A stretch of DNA of 64,000 bases, taken from Betaproteobacteria bacterium. Its GTDB lineage: Bacteria; Pseudomonadota; Gammaproteobacteria; Burkholderiales; SG8-41. Where the stretch lies: assembly GCA_032128415.1 (NCBI GenBank), contig JAQBGW010000134.1:4667-68666 (forward strand). Reading direction: 5' to 3'. Each line of letters starts with the position of its first letter. Position 1 is the stretch's first letter. The notes under the pieces are model-generated. The model had not been told where the DNA came from. It saw nothing but the letters and a program-made list of their open reading frames with translations, and did not search any database. Shown one piece after another: positions 29,182-42,888 of the stretch. The position numbers and the translations under genes were made by a program.

Positions 29182-30522
29182 ATGATGACCGCCCGCTCAC
29201 CCGATCTCGAATCCTTTTGGATGCCCTTCACCGCGAACCGCGCCTTCAAACAGGCACCGCGGATGCTCGTTGCCGCCAAAGACATGCACTACATGACGGA
29301 CGACGGGCGCAAGATCCTCGACGGCACTGCCGGGCTGTGGTGCGTCAATGCCGGCCATTGCCGGCCGCGCATCGTCGAAGCCGTGCAGAAACAAGTCGCC
29401 ACCATGGATTACAGCCCGGCGTTTCAGATGGGCCATCCCGATGCATTCCGTGTCGCTGAACGTATCGCTGCGCTGACGCCCGGCGACCTTGATCACGTGT
29501 TCTACTGCAATTCGGGTTCCGAGGGCGTCGATACGGCGCTGAAAATCGCGCTGGCCTATCACCGCTCACGCGGCGAAGGACAGCGCAATGTGCTGATTGG
29601 TCGCGAACGCGGCTATCACGGGGCCGGATTCGGTGGTATATCGGTTGGCGGCATTCCGGCCAACAGGAAAGCCTTCGGCAACATGCTGTTCCGAGTCGAT
29701 CATCTCGCACACACGCACAGTCTGCAGGAAAACGCCTACAGCCGCGGCCAGCCGGCATGGGGGGCGCACCTCGCCGATGAACTGGAAAACCGCATCATCC
29801 CGCTGCATGACGCCAGCAACATCGCTGCAGTGATCGTCGAACCGCTCGCCGGCTCCACCGGCGTGCTGGTGCCGCCCAAAGGCTATCTCGAACGCCTGCG
29901 CCAGATCTGTGACAAACACGGCCTGCTGCTGATATTCGACGAAGTCATTACCGGCTTCGGTCGCACGGGTCCGTGTTTTGCTGCCGATGCAGTCGGTGTG
30001 GTGCCGGACATGATGATTATCGCCAAGGGACTCACCAACGGCACAGTGCCTATGGGTGCCGTCGTGGCCCGGCGCGGAATATACGAAACCATCGTCAACA
30101 GCGCGCCGCCGGGTATGGTTGAGCTCTTTCACGGCTACACCTACTCCGGCCATCCTCTGGCGACCGCGGCTGCGCTGGCGAGTCTGGATACCTACGCTGA
30201 AGAAGGTCTGTTCCAGCGCGCGCAGGAACTCTCGCCTTATTTTGAACAAGCCGTGCAGTCGCTGCGCGAACTGCCGCATGTCATCGACGTGCGTAATATG
30301 GGTATGGTCGCCGGCATCGAACTGGAGCCGCGGCCCGGTGCGCCGACTGCACGTGCCTACGAAACCTTCCTGAAATGCTACGAACAAGGCCTGCTGATCC
30401 GCACCACCGGCGACATCATCGCCCTGTCGCCGCCATTGATCATCAGCAAGGCGCAGATCGATGAACTGGTCGGCATCCTGGGGGATGCACTGCGCACCGT
30501 CGGCCGCCACCCTTTATTATAA
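29182..30522 (+). CDS. Class III aminotransferase (omega-amino acid/beta-alanine--pyruvate transaminase-like)
   Basis: FWMPFTANRAFK, DGTAGLWCVNAGH, FDEVITGFGRTG and IIAKGLTNG (the PLP lysine). Confidence 0.85.
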   Translation: MMTARSPDLESFWMPFTANRAFKQAPRMLVAAKDMHYMTDDGRKILDGTAGLWCVNAGHCRPRIVEAVQKQVATMDYSPAFQMGHPDAFRVAERIAALTPGDLDHVFYCNSGSEGVDTALKIALAYHRSRGEGQRNVLIGRERGYHGAGFGGISVGGIPANRKAFGNMLFRVDHLAHTHSLQENAYSRGQPAWGAHLADELENRIIPLHDASNIAAVIVEPLAGSTGVLVPPKGYLERLRQICDKHGLLLIFDEVITGFGRTGPCFAADAVGVVPDMMIIAKGLTNGTVPMGAVVARRGIYETIVNSAPPGMVELFHGYTYSGHPLATAAALASLDTYAEEGLFQRAQELSPYFEQAVQSLRELPHVIDVRNMGMVAGIELEPRPGAPTARAYETFLKCYEQGLLIRTTGDIIALSPPLIISKAQIDELVGILGDALRTVGRHPLL

Positions 30523-30587
30523 AATATTGTTTAAAAACAATAAGTTATAACTATTTTCACGGCGCGCGCTGATTGCCCCTGCAGTTC

Positions 30588-33500
30588 CTAGATGCGCTGG
30601 ATGTCGCGCAGTTCGAGTTTGACCAGACAATGATCCAGCCACTCTGCAGTCAGCTTTTCCTGCGTTGAATTCTGCTTCAGTCGCTGATCGAGCGCTTGCC
30701 AGTCCACACAATCCAGCTGCTGATCCTGATTAAAGCAGGAAAAAACGTAACTGGTCTTGCCGGTCTGCGGATCGACATGCGGCTGCAGGCATTGCGCACA
30801 GACCTCTTTCATCATGCATTGCATCGGTGAGTTGATGGAGCCGATCGCCTGATGCTGCGGCTTCAGATAGGGTTTCAACATGTCATGACGCGCCCGCGCC
30901 ACGGCAGCCATCATCCGGTCGGAGCCGATGGCGATAATGCGATCTGCATCTTTGAACGGTATGGCCTGCGCGCCGAGTTCGCCTGCGGCGTAGGCCCTCA
31001 TGGATTGCACGATGTTACCGACAAAACTGCGATCGTCAGGACGCGCCGGCACAAACCCCGGTTCTTCATCACAGCACCAGACCACGACATCGCTCGCTGC
31101 CTCGATATCCTCAATCCGATAGCGATCGATCATGCGTTTGTAACCGGCGAAATACAACACCTTGCAACCGGCTTTGCGCATGGCCTGGCCGATCGAAAAC
31201 AGCACCGCATTGCCCAGTCCGCCGCCGACCAGCACTACCGTTTCATCCACAGGAATTTCCGTCGGCGTGCCCGTTGGTCCCATCAGGACGACGGGCTCTC
31301 CGGGCTTCAATTCCACGCACAGATCGCTGGAGCCGCCCATTTCCAGAACGATGGTCGAGAGCAGGCCCTGCTCTGCGTCCACCCAGGCGCCGGTCAGTGC
31401 CAATCCCTCCATGGCCAGCGTGCTGCCGGCGGTCTTGGGTGCCAGCGACTCGAAATTCTGCAGACGGTAAAACTGCCCCGGCCGGAAACGTCGCGCCGCC
31501 AGCGGCGCGCGCACCACGACTTCAACGATCTGCGGCGTCAATCGCTTGACCTCATGCACCGTCGCGCGCAGATCGCGCTGTAGCGCGCCGAGGAATGCAG
31601 GATCATCCATTGCTGACGCCGGCTGCACTTTTTCCAGCACGCTGCTGACTACCGGATATCCCTGCTTGGCGCTGCCGATGGCTTTGACCACATTGCCGAA
31701 AAACGAGGGATGTACGTCGCCGAAATAGCTGATGCAACGGCCATCGTCACGCTTGGACAGCAGCACGTTGACGGCATTCGGTTTGGAGATCGCTTTTTCC
31801 GCAACTACCGGCTGACCGGACGCATCGCAAGCGCGGAAATAACGACCGTCCAGTACAAAATGTGCTGCATCTTCCCGCGCGAGCACGGTATTGGGCTGCG
31901 TGCCGGCGGCAATCAGGATAGCGCGTGCCGGCAACTCCACACGCCCCGTTTCGCGCCACTCATCATTCTCGTTCCTGATCTGCACTGCTGCCGTTAACGC
32001 GCGGGCATGGCCATATTGATCCAAATCGATGGCCAGCGGCGTCAGACACTCAGCAAACGTAATGCCTTCTTCCATCGCCTTGTGCACTTCCTCGTGATTA
32101 AGCGTGTACGACGGACTGTCAATCAGCCGTCTGCGGTAAGCGACGGTCACACCGCCCCAGGATTGCAGCAACTCGACCGTGCGTGGCGGGCGCTCCTCGG
32201 CAACAGCACGCATATGCTCGCTGCGCAGCGCGCGCGCATGCGCAATGAACTCGTCGGCGATTTCGCGTTCTTCCGCATCCCACATGATGCGCGCGGCTGC
32301 TTCACCGTGCTCGCGCGCCAGCAACTCATAGCGCAACAGGAATTTCTCGACTTGCAACGGGTAATAGGCCAGCGCTTCGGTCGCCGTGTCGATGGCCGTC
32401 AGCCCGCCGCCAATAACCACCACCGGCAGGCGCAACTGCATGTTGGCAATGGAATCGGTTTTCGCCGCGCCAGTCAGTTGCAACGCCATCAGAAAATCCG
32501 ACGCCGTACGCACGCCCCGTGCCAGGCCGTTGGGCATATCAAGCACCGTGGGGCGCCCCGCACCGATTGCCAGGGCGATGTGGTCGAACCCTGCGGCAAA
32601 CGCTTCCTCGGCAGTGATCGTGCCGCCAAACCGCACCCCACCGAACAGCGCGAACTGCTCCCGGCGCTCCAACAGTAACCTTATGATTTTTAAGAAGTTT
32701 TTATCCCAACGCACGGTAATGCCATATTCGGCCACACCGCCGAAACCAGCCATCGTGCGTTCGTCCAGTGATTCATACAGCTCACGCACATCCTGAATGG
32801 GCTTAAACGGCACACGCTTGCCGGTAGTGTCCACGCCCGAGAATGCGGGCGGCAGCGGTTCGATTTTCAAACCATCGATGCCGACAACCGTGTGGCCGTC
32901 GTTCATCAGGTAATGCGCCAGTGAAAATCCCGCCGGCCCCATGCCGGCGATCAGCACCCGTTTACCGGTCAGCGCCTTGGGCACGGGATTGCGCAGGTTG
33001 AGTGGATTCCAGCGCGTCAATAGACTGTAGATCTCGAACCCCCACGGCAGTTCGAGCACGTCTTTCAGCGTGCGGGTCTCCGCCTGCGGAATATCGACCG
33101 GTTCCTGCTTCTGATAAATGCAGGCTTTCATGCAGTCGTTGCAGATGCGATGTCCGGTCGCCGCCACCATCGGATTGTCAATCGCAATGATGGCAATCGC
33201 GCCTATGGCCAGCCCTTCCGTCTTGGCTTTGTGAAACTCCGATATTTTTTCCTCGAGCGGGCAGCCGGCCAGCGTAATGCCAAATGGGGATTTCTTGAAA
33301 GACGGCGTGCCGCGCCCACTGCCACCTTTTTCCAGCAGGCCTTTTGAGCAGGAGTCCTTGCCCTGCTCGTGACACCAGATACAGTAATTGGCCTGATCCA
33401 GTGCTCCCGTAAGATCGGTGCCGTTGTCGGTCAGCTTGAAACCCTGGCGTTGCCGCAACCGTGACACATCGAAACGGTGTTCGGTGTAACCGGCAGTCGT

Positions 33501-34115
33501 CGCTGACTGCACGGGCACCAGATGCTGCATATCCAGTTTATGAGGCGACTTGAACAGCACGCCGGCCTGATGCCGCGCATGGCCTGCCGTCGTACGCGCC
33601 GCCCATGCCGCATACTGCAGCGCCAACTCCAACGCATCCGCATGAGTTTTCTCGTCCTGCTGCCACTGTAGAACATGCTGCGCGAAAGCCAGTTCCGAGA
33701 AGGGCGCGCCGTACAGTGCTTCAAGTTGTTTTCCCATGGCAACACCGTCGAATGCAGCAGCAGCTTCGGCCTTGTATTTGTGCATGGCCTTGCGCTGCAC
33801 AAACAAACGCTTGACGCTGTATAGCGGCGCCAGTTCATGATGACGTGCCGACAATGCGCGAACCTCTTTCTCGATGCCGAACAACTGTGCAATAAAATCA
33901 TCCAGATGCGGCGCCAGTGCGAGCAGCAGTTCAGATTCTTCCTTGGGCGTCAGCACCGCACCGTCGCGTCCAGCCACAAGCCGCGTGCGCACTGCATCAT
34001 CAGTTTTTTCGAGTTCCCGCAGGAACGCTCGGTCAAGACCGAGTAATCCCTCGCGGTGGTAGAGATCTGCGAACGATAAACCGAAGCGGAGCATCAATGC
34101 GGGAGAAAGCTTCAA
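30588..34115 (-). CDS. Large Fe-S flavoprotein with an unknown N-terminal domain, a GltD/NfnB-like module and a PyrK/NfnA-like module
   Basis: 1175 aa. Cys clusters CIWCHEQGKDSC...GCP and CNDCMKAC. Dinucleotide fold VLIAGMGPAGFSLAHYL. A C-terminal FNR-like module (RFRPGQFYRL, VLVGGGLGNA) carries a 2Fe-2S-type motif C-x6-C-x2-C-x19-C (QCMMKEVCAQCLQ...SC). Confidence 0.8.
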   Translation of the reverse strand: MKLSPALMLRFGLSFADLYHREGLLGLDRAFLRELEKTDDAVRTRLVAGRDGAVLTPKEESELLLALAPHLDDFIAQLFGIEKEVRALSARHHELAPLYSVKRLFVQRKAMHKYKAEAAAAFDGVAMGKQLEALYGAPFSELAFAQHVLQWQQDEKTHADALELALQYAAWAARTTAGHARHQAGVLFKSPHKLDMQHLVPVQSATTAGYTEHRFDVSRLRQRQGFKLTDNGTDLTGALDQANYCIWCHEQGKDSCSKGLLEKGGSGRGTPSFKKSPFGITLAGCPLEEKISEFHKAKTEGLAIGAIAIIAIDNPMVAATGHRICNDCMKACIYQKQEPVDIPQAETRTLKDVLELPWGFEIYSLLTRWNPLNLRNPVPKALTGKRVLIAGMGPAGFSLAHYLMNDGHTVVGIDGLKIEPLPPAFSGVDTTGKRVPFKPIQDVRELYESLDERTMAGFGGVAEYGITVRWDKNFLKIIRLLLERREQFALFGGVRFGGTITAEEAFAAGFDHIALAIGAGRPTVLDMPNGLARGVRTASDFLMALQLTGAAKTDSIANMQLRLPVVVIGGGLTAIDTATEALAYYPLQVEKFLLRYELLAREHGEAAARIMWDAEEREIADEFIAHARALRSEHMRAVAEERPPRTVELLQSWGGVTVAYRRRLIDSPSYTLNHEEVHKAMEEGITFAECLTPLAIDLDQYGHARALTAAVQIRNENDEWRETGRVELPARAILIAAGTQPNTVLAREDAAHFVLDGRYFRACDASGQPVVAEKAISKPNAVNVLLSKRDDGRCISYFGDVHPSFFGNVVKAIGSAKQGYPVVSSVLEKVQPASAMDDPAFLGALQRDLRATVHEVKRLTPQIVEVVVRAPLAARRFRPGQFYRLQNFESLAPKTAGSTLAMEGLALTGAWVDAEQGLLSTIVLEMGGSSDLCVELKPGEPVVLMGPTGTPTEIPVDETVVLVGGGLGNAVLFSIGQAMRKAGCKVLYFAGYKRMIDRYRIEDIEAASDVVVWCCDEEPGFVPARPDDRSFVGNIVQSMRAYAAGELGAQAIPFKDADRIIAIGSDRMMAAVARARHDMLKPYLKPQHQAIGSINSPMQCMMKEVCAQCLQPHVDPQTGKTSYVFSCFNQDQQLDCVDWQALDQRLKQNSTQEKLTAEWLDHCLVKLELRDIQRI

Positions 34116-34274
34116 GGGAGTTTGGGCGGGATCGTAAAACGTTGATTATATCAACGGGTTCATTCCCGCCTGAGTTGCCATGGTTATTTGCTTAGTGCCT
34201 GCAGCAATAATACGCACGAGCCGGCCTGTCCCGTCCTCATGCGATAATCGATATAACATCAGGATCGCTGCTCC

Positions 34275-34409
34275 ATGACGCCATCTGCAATAAAACTGCT
34301 GGTGTGGATGTTACTGTCTGCACTCGCTGCGATAGTCACCTACGCTGCGTTCCGTGGCTACCTCGGCGCGGAATTCCTGATCGGTTTTGCCAACACGTTC
34401 TCCTGCTGA
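34275..34409 (+). CDS. Candidate 44-aa single-TM small protein (below the ORF-track cutoff)
   Basis: ATG at 34275 preceded by AGGA about 11 nt upstream. The product is MTPSAIKLLVWMLLSALAAIVTYAAFRGYLGAEFLIGFANTFSC, with TGA at 34407-34409. Codon usage looks genome-typical. Confidence 0.35.
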   Translation: MTPSAIKLLVWMLLSALAAIVTYAAFRGYLGAEFLIGFANTFSC

Positions 34410-34420
34410 TCCAATCAGGA

Positions 34421-35269
34421 TCAAGTGGATTGCTCCGCGGCGGCGATCACATTGGTGATGACCATGGCCACTGTCATCGGCCCGACCCCGCCCGGTACCG
34501 GCGTAATCCAGCCGGCACGCGCGCGGACTGCTTCGAAATCCACGTCGCCGCACAGCTTGCCGTCCGGCAGCCGGTTGATACCGACATCAATGACCGCAGC
34601 GCCAGCCTTGACCATGTCTGCCGTCACCATATTTGGCTTGCCGACGGCGGCCACCAGAATATCGGCTTCACGAGCAATCGCAGCCAGGTCAATCGTGCGC
34701 GAATGACATATGGTGACCGTTGCATCGCGTTCGAGCAGCATCAGCGCCACGGGTTTGCCGACGATACTGCTGCGACCGAGCACCACGGCGTGACGTCCGG
34801 CAATGGTAATTCCAGAACGCTTCAGCATCACCATCACACCTAGCGGGGTACATGGCGCAAGCGCCGTGTGTCCATCCAGCAAAGCGCCCAGATTGCGCCA
34901 GTTGAAGCCATCGACATCCTTGACGGCATCGATACGCTGTAAGACTCTCATGGATTCAATATGTGCAGGCAGCGGTAATTGCACGAGAATTCCATGCACA
35001 CGGGGATCTGCGTTCAGTCTGTCGATCTGCTGCAGTAGTTCATGCTCCGTCGTCGTCGTCGGCAGGCGCGTGTCGAATGTCCGCACGCCTGCGTCACGGC
35101 AGGCCCGCTCCTTGCTGCGCACATAGACTGCAGAAGCCGGATCATCCCCGACCAGCACAACGGCCAATCCTGCCGGACGCCCGAGTCGCACAAGATGTGC
35201 AGCGCGCCCCTGCAGTTCGCCCAGCACCTCTCGCGCCATGGCAGCGCCGTCGATGATTCTCGCGCTCAT
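34421..35269 (-). CDS. folD: Bifunctional methylenetetrahydrofolate dehydrogenase/cyclohydrolase
   Basis: AVVLVGDDPASAVYVRSK, GILVQLPLP, GRSSIVGKP and PVPGGVGPMT. Confidence 0.95.
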   Translation of the reverse strand: MSARIIDGAAMAREVLGELQGRAAHLVRLGRPAGLAVVLVGDDPASAVYVRSKERACRDAGVRTFDTRLPTTTTEHELLQQIDRLNADPRVHGILVQLPLPAHIESMRVLQRIDAVKDVDGFNWRNLGALLDGHTALAPCTPLGVMVMLKRSGITIAGRHAVVLGRSSIVGKPVALMLLERDATVTICHSRTIDLAAIAREADILVAAVGKPNMVTADMVKAGAAVIDVGINRLPDGKLCGDVDFEAVRARAGWITPVPGGVGPMTVAMVITNVIAAAEQST

Positions 35270-35327
35270 CGCTGAATTCCCAAAAATCGTGTCATTAAAA
35301 ACGCTCTAAATATCCAAAGGTTGCCGG

Positions 35328-35630
35328 CTATCTCCGGACTTTGCCGGCATCTCCCGACTCTGCATCAAGCACCTGGAAGAAAACTTCGTCGTGACGGATC
35401 ATGCCCAGTTCACTGCGCGCCCGCTCCTCAATGGCCTCCAGCCCCTGCTTGAGGTCGCGCACTTCGGCATCCAGCGCGCTATTGCGTGCCTGAAAACGGC
35501 TATTGGCCTGGCGCTGCGCCTCGATCTGCCGCTCCATTTCCCATACCCGCAGCAGGCCGCCCTTGCCCAGCCACAGCGGATACTGAATCAGCAGGATCAG
35601 CGAGCCGAGTGCCAGAGCAAGTAACCGCAT
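35328..35630 (-). CDS. ftsB: Cell division protein FtsB
   Basis: 100 aa with an N-terminal TM and a coiled coil. It sits downstream of eno. Confidence 0.85.
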   Translation of the reverse strand: MRLLALALGSLILLIQYPLWLGKGGLLRVWEMERQIEAQRQANSRFQARNSALDAEVRDLKQGLEAIEERARSELGMIRHDEVFFQVLDAESGDAGKVRR

Positions 35631-35665
35631 GGCATCAGCCCGGAAGGCAGGCCCGGAATCGCCGG

Positions 35666-36976
<1,311 letters not shown>

Positions 36977-37813
36977 TTAAAGATTGTTTTCTGCAAAGCC
37001 GTCGCGCTTGACCAACGCATCGATCGCAGTCAGTGTCGCCAGCAGTGCTTTCATGTGCTGCAGCGGCCAGGCATTTGGCCCGTCGGACAACGCTTTCTCC
37101 GGCTGCGGATGCGTTTCCATGAACAAACCGGAGACGCCGCTGGCAACCGCAGCGCGTGCCAGTACCGGCACAAACTCACGCTGCCCGCCGCTGCTGGTAC
37201 CCTGTCCACCAGGTAACTGCACCGAATGCGTCGCGTCGAACACCACCGGGCAGCCGGTGTTGCGCATGATCATCAGTGAGCGCATATCGGACACCAGATT
37301 GTTATAGCCAAAAGTGACGCCGCGTTCGCAGACCATGATGTTGTCCGTACCGCTGGCGGCGCGCGCCTTGTCAACCACATTGACCATGTCACCGGGCGCC
37401 AGAAACTGGCCTTTTTTGATATTGACCGGCTTGCCTGCGGCGGCAGCCGCGCTGATGAAATCGGTCTGCCGGCACAGGAAAGCCGGCGTCTGCAATACAT
37501 CGACCGTTGCTGCGACCTGCACAATTTCTTCGATGGCATGCACATCGGTCAACACGGGAACATTCAGCGTTTTACGCACGTCGGCCAGAATTTCAAGGCC
37601 TTTATCCATGCCCAGACCGCGAAAAGACTTGTTCGAACTACGGTTGGCTTTGTCGTACGAGGATTTATAGATAAACGGAATATTAAGTTCCACGCATATC
37701 TTTTTCAGTTCACCGGCCGTATCCATAGCCATGGCGCGCGACTCGACGACGCAAGGTCCGGCTATCAGGAATAGCGGACGATCCAGTCCAACTTCGAATC
37801 CACAAAGTTTCAT
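36977..37813 (-). CDS. kdsA: 3-deoxy-8-phosphooctulonate synthase
   Basis: [23 protein letters not shown] and [12 protein letters not shown]. The ATG at 37813 (MKLCGFEV) is the likely true start; the ORF-track extension overlaps the pyrG 3' end. Confidence 0.9.
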   Translation of the reverse strand: MKLCGFEVGLDRPLFLIAGPCVVESRAMAMDTAGELKKICVELNIPFIYKSSYDKANRSSNKSFRGLGMDKGLEILADVRKTLNVPVLTDVHAIEEIVQVAATVDVLQTPAFLCRQTDFISAAAAAGKPVNIKKGQFLAPGDMVNVVDKARAASGTDNIMVCERGVTFGYNNLVSDMRSLMIMRNTGCPVVFDATHSVQLPGGQGTSSGGQREFVPVLARAAVASGVSGLFMETHPQPEKALSDGPNAWPLQHMKALLATLTAIDALVKRDGFAENNL

Positions 37814-37847
37814 GGCAGAACGGCGTACAAGCGACGCTTGCTGTGCA

Positions 37848-39554
<1,707 letters not shown>

Positions 39555-39597
39555 TCATTTTATCCCATTTCGCGCAATCTTCCAATCAAACTCGCAG

Positions 39598-41982
39598 TCA
39601 CGCCGGCTTGCCCCCGCGCGCCAAATACAACCAGGTCTCAACCACCGTATCCGGATTCAATGACAGGCTCTCAATGCCCTCCTGCACCAGCCATTCAGCG
39701 AGATCAGGATGGTCCGAAGGCCCCTGTCCGCATATCCCCACATATTTGTTGGCTTTACGGCAGGCCACGATCGCCAGATGCAACATGTGTTTGACTGCAG
39801 GATCCCGTTCATCGAAAGCGTCGGCAATGATTCCCGAATCACGATCGAGTGCGAGCGTCATTTGCGTCATGTCATTGGAGCCGATGGAGAAGCCGTCGAA
39901 ATGCTCGAGAAACTGGTCGGCCAGAATGGCATTTGACGGAATCTCGCACATCATGATGATGCGCAATCCGTTTTTCCCGCGCTCCAGGCCATTTTCAGCC
40001 AACAGCTTCAGCACTTTTTTAGCCTCATCCACGGTACGGACGAACGGCACCATAATCTCGATGTTGGTCAGCCCCATTTCGTCGCGCACCTTTTTCATGG
40101 CGCGGCACTCCAGCTCAAAACAGTCCCGAAACTGCGCAGAAATGTAACGTGACGCACCGCGGAACCCAAGCATCGGGTTTTCCTCATGCGGCTCGTAGCG
40201 CGAACCTCCGGTCAGACTGGAATACTCGTTGGATTTGAAATCCGACAACCGCACGATCACCGGTTTCGGCCAGAACGCTGCGCCCAGCGTGGACACGCCC
40301 TCAACCATTTTCTCAACATAAAAAGTGACCGGATCCGTGTAACCGGCGCTGTGCTCCTCAACCGCGACTTTCAGATCGGCGCCGAGGTCCGGGTAAGCCA
40401 GCACTGCTTTGGGATGCACGCCAATCATGCGCGCGATAATGAACTCCAGCCGCGCCAGTCCGACACCCTCATTGGGCAGCCGCTGAAACTCGAATGCCAA
40501 CTCCGGATTGCCCACGTTCATGGTAATTTTCACCGGACATGGCGGCATGCTCGACAACCTCAGGTCGATGACCTCGGCCTGCAACTCGCCGCGATAGACA
40601 AAGCCAGTGTCACCTTCCGCACACGAGACGGTTACAGGCTTGGCCTCTTTCAGCACCTCAGTGGCATCGCCGCAGCCGACCACGGCAGGAATACCCAACT
40701 CACGTGCAATGATCGCTGCGTGGCAGGTGCGTCCACCACGGTTGGTGACGATGGCCGATGCCCGTTTCATCACCGGCTCCCAGTCCGGATCGGTCATGTC
40801 GGTCACCAGCACGTCGCCCGGCTTGACGCGATCCATTTCCGCAGCGCTCTTGATCAGGCGCACTGGGCCACTGCCGATGCGCTGCCCGATGGCACGCCCG
40901 GTTGTCAGCACCTCTGAACGCTCTTTCAACCGATAGCGGCGCAGCGTATCCACTTTCTCGCTGGCTTTCACGGTTTCCGGCCGCGCTTGCAGGATATACA
41001 GCTTGCCGTCGTTGCCATCCCGGCCCCACTCGATGTCCATCGGGCGCTGGTAATGCGCCTCAATGATCATCGCGTAGCGGGCGAGCTCATTGACTTCGTC
41101 ATCAGTAATCGAAAATTTCCGGCGTTCTGACTCTGGAACTTCAATCGTCTGCACCGATTTACCGGCCTGGCGGTTTTCTGTAAAAATCATCCGCAACGCC
41201 TTTGAGCCCAGACCACGGCGCAGGATGGCACTTTTGCCTTCCTTCAAGCCGCGCTTATAAACATAAAATTCGTCCGGATTGACCTGCCCCTGCACCACGG
41301 TCTCACCCAGCCCGTAGGCCGAAGTAATAAACACCACCTGATCAAAACCGGACTCGGTGTCCAGCGTAAACATAACGCCACTTGCCCCTTTATCGCTGCG
41401 TACCATGCGCTGCACTGCTGCAGACAGTGCCACTTCGTCGTGGGTAAATCCCTGGTGTACGCGATAGGAGATCGCACGATCGTTATAGAGCGACGCGAAT
41501 ACGTGCTTGATGGCTTCGAGCAGATTGTTCAAGCCGTGCACATTGAGATAGGTTTCCTGCTGCCCCGCGAATGATGCATCCGGGAGATCCTCGGCAGTCG
41601 CCGACGAGCGCACTGCAAAAGTCACATCGGCACCCGATTCCTTGACGAGCCGCGTATAGGCAACGTCTATGGCGGCGCGAAACGCTGCACTGAATTCCTG
41701 AGCAACGATCCAGCCGCGGATTTCCTTGCCGGCGGAAGTCAATGCCGACACATCGTCAGGGTTGAAACCGGCCAGCCGTTTGGATATGCGCGCGTCCAGC
41801 CCGCCTTCTCCAAGAAACTGGCGGTAGGCATCAGCCGTTGTCGCGAAACCGCCAGGAACGCGGACTCCCGCTCCTGCCAATTGGCTGATCATTTCGCCCA
41901 GCGACGCATTCTTTCCGCCCACCCGCGCCACATCACTCATGCGCAACGCACCGAGTCCGATCACCAATTCCTTGCCGCTCAT
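39598..41982 (-). CDS. ppsA: Phosphoenolpyruvate synthase
   Basis: [11 protein letters not shown], the phosphohistidine region [15 protein letters not shown], and a C-terminal PEP-utilising domain. The true start is the ATG at 41982 (MSGKELV). Confidence 0.95.
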   Translation of the reverse strand: MSGKELVIGLGALRMSDVARVGGKNASLGEMISQLAGAGVRVPGGFATTADAYRQFLGEGGLDARISKRLAGFNPDDVSALTSAGKEIRGWIVAQEFSAAFRAAIDVAYTRLVKESGADVTFAVRSSATAEDLPDASFAGQQETYLNVHGLNNLLEAIKHVFASLYNDRAISYRVHQGFTHDEVALSAAVQRMVRSDKGASGVMFTLDTESGFDQVVFITSAYGLGETVVQGQVNPDEFYVYKRGLKEGKSAILRRGLGSKALRMIFTENRQAGKSVQTIEVPESERRKFSITDDEVNELARYAMIIEAHYQRPMDIEWGRDGNDGKLYILQARPETVKASEKVDTLRRYRLKERSEVLTTGRAIGQRIGSGPVRLIKSAAEMDRVKPGDVLVTDMTDPDWEPVMKRASAIVTNRGGRTCHAAIIARELGIPAVVGCGDATEVLKEAKPVTVSCAEGDTGFVYRGELQAEVIDLRLSSMPPCPVKITMNVGNPELAFEFQRLPNEGVGLARLEFIIARMIGVHPKAVLAYPDLGADLKVAVEEHSAGYTDPVTFYVEKMVEGVSTLGAAFWPKPVIVRLSDFKSNEYSSLTGGSRYEPHEENPMLGFRGASRYISAQFRDCFELECRAMKKVRDEMGLTNIEIMVPFVRTVDEAKKVLKLLAENGLERGKNGLRIIMMCEIPSNAILADQFLEHFDGFSIGSNDMTQMTLALDRDSGIIADAFDERDPAVKHMLHLAIVACRKANKYVGICGQGPSDHPDLAEWLVQEGIESLSLNPDTVVETWLYLARGGKPA

Positions 41983-42063
41983 GCAGATTCCTTGATTGTA
42001 AGTCTCGTCAAAAGGCGATATTTTACCGAATCCCCGCACCGGTTCCCTAGAGCCCCTAACATA

Positions 42064-42888
42064 ATGAGTGCACAACGCACCGCTTTTTTTGTATCTGACC
42101 GCACCGGCATCACTGCTGAAATGCTCGGCCACAGCCTGCTGACCCAGTTCGACGGCGTCCGCCTGAAGGAAATTACCGTTCCGTTCATCGACTCGACCGA
42201 AAAAGCGCGGAGCTTTGTCCGTCAGGTCAATGACACGGCCATCGCGGACGGCGTGAGACCCATTGTGATCAGCACGCTGGTCAATACCGATATTGCCGGC
42301 GTCGTCGCCACGGCCAACGCCTTATTCCTTGATTCTTTTGAGATTTTCATTGCCCCGCTCGAGCGCGAACTGGGCGTCAAGGCGTCCCATGCCATCGGGC
42401 GCTCGCATAATACCGACGACTTCGTGAACTATCACCACCGCATCGAAGCGGTGAACTACGCACTGTCGCACGACGACGGTGTGTCCAAGCGCGATCTGAG
42501 CGAAGCCGAGATTATCCTGGTCGGCGTCTCCCGTTGCGGCAAGACACCAACCTGCCTGTATCTTGCCATGCAATACGGTATCCGTGCCGCGAATTATCCG
42601 CTGATTCCCGAAGATTTCAGTTCCATGCAATTACCGGCTCAGATCAAAACGCTGCGAAGCCGGCTCTACGGCCTGACCATAAAGCCCAACCGGTTGCAGC
42701 AGATTCGCACCGAACGCCGGCCCGGCAGCAAGTACGCCACACTCGACAACTGTGAATTCGAGGTTCGCGAAGCTCAAGCCCTGATGCGACAGGAAGGTAT
42801 CCCCTATCTGGACGCTACCAGCAAGTCCGTCGAAGAACTCGCCACTACGATCCTGCAGGAAGCCAAACTCGAACGCCGTATTTACTGA
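42064..42888 (+). CDS. ppsR: PEP synthase regulatory protein (bifunctional kinase/pyrophosphorylase, DUF299)
   Basis: [13 protein letters not shown] and the P-loop [15 protein letters not shown]. It is divergent from ppsA. Confidence 0.9.
   Translation: MSAQRTAFFVSDRTGITAEMLGHSLLTQFDGVRLKEITVPFIDSTEKARSFVRQVNDTAIADGVRPIVISTLVNTDIAGVVATANALFLDSFEIFIAPLERELGVKASHAIGRSHNTDDFVNYHHRIEAVNYALSHDDGVSKRDLSEAEIILVGVSRCGKTPTCLYLAMQYGIRAANYPLIPEDFSSMQLPAQIKTLRSRLYGLTIKPNRLQQIRTERRPGSKYATLDNCEFEVREAQALMRQEGIPYLDATSKSVEELATTILQEAKLERRIY

Noticed and set aside
34140-34156. Canonical FNR/Anr (or CRP) box
   Set aside because: The half-sites match TTGAT/ATCAA, but they are separated by 3 nt rather than the 4 nt of the FNR/CRP consensus. 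I report it only as an unassigned palindrome.
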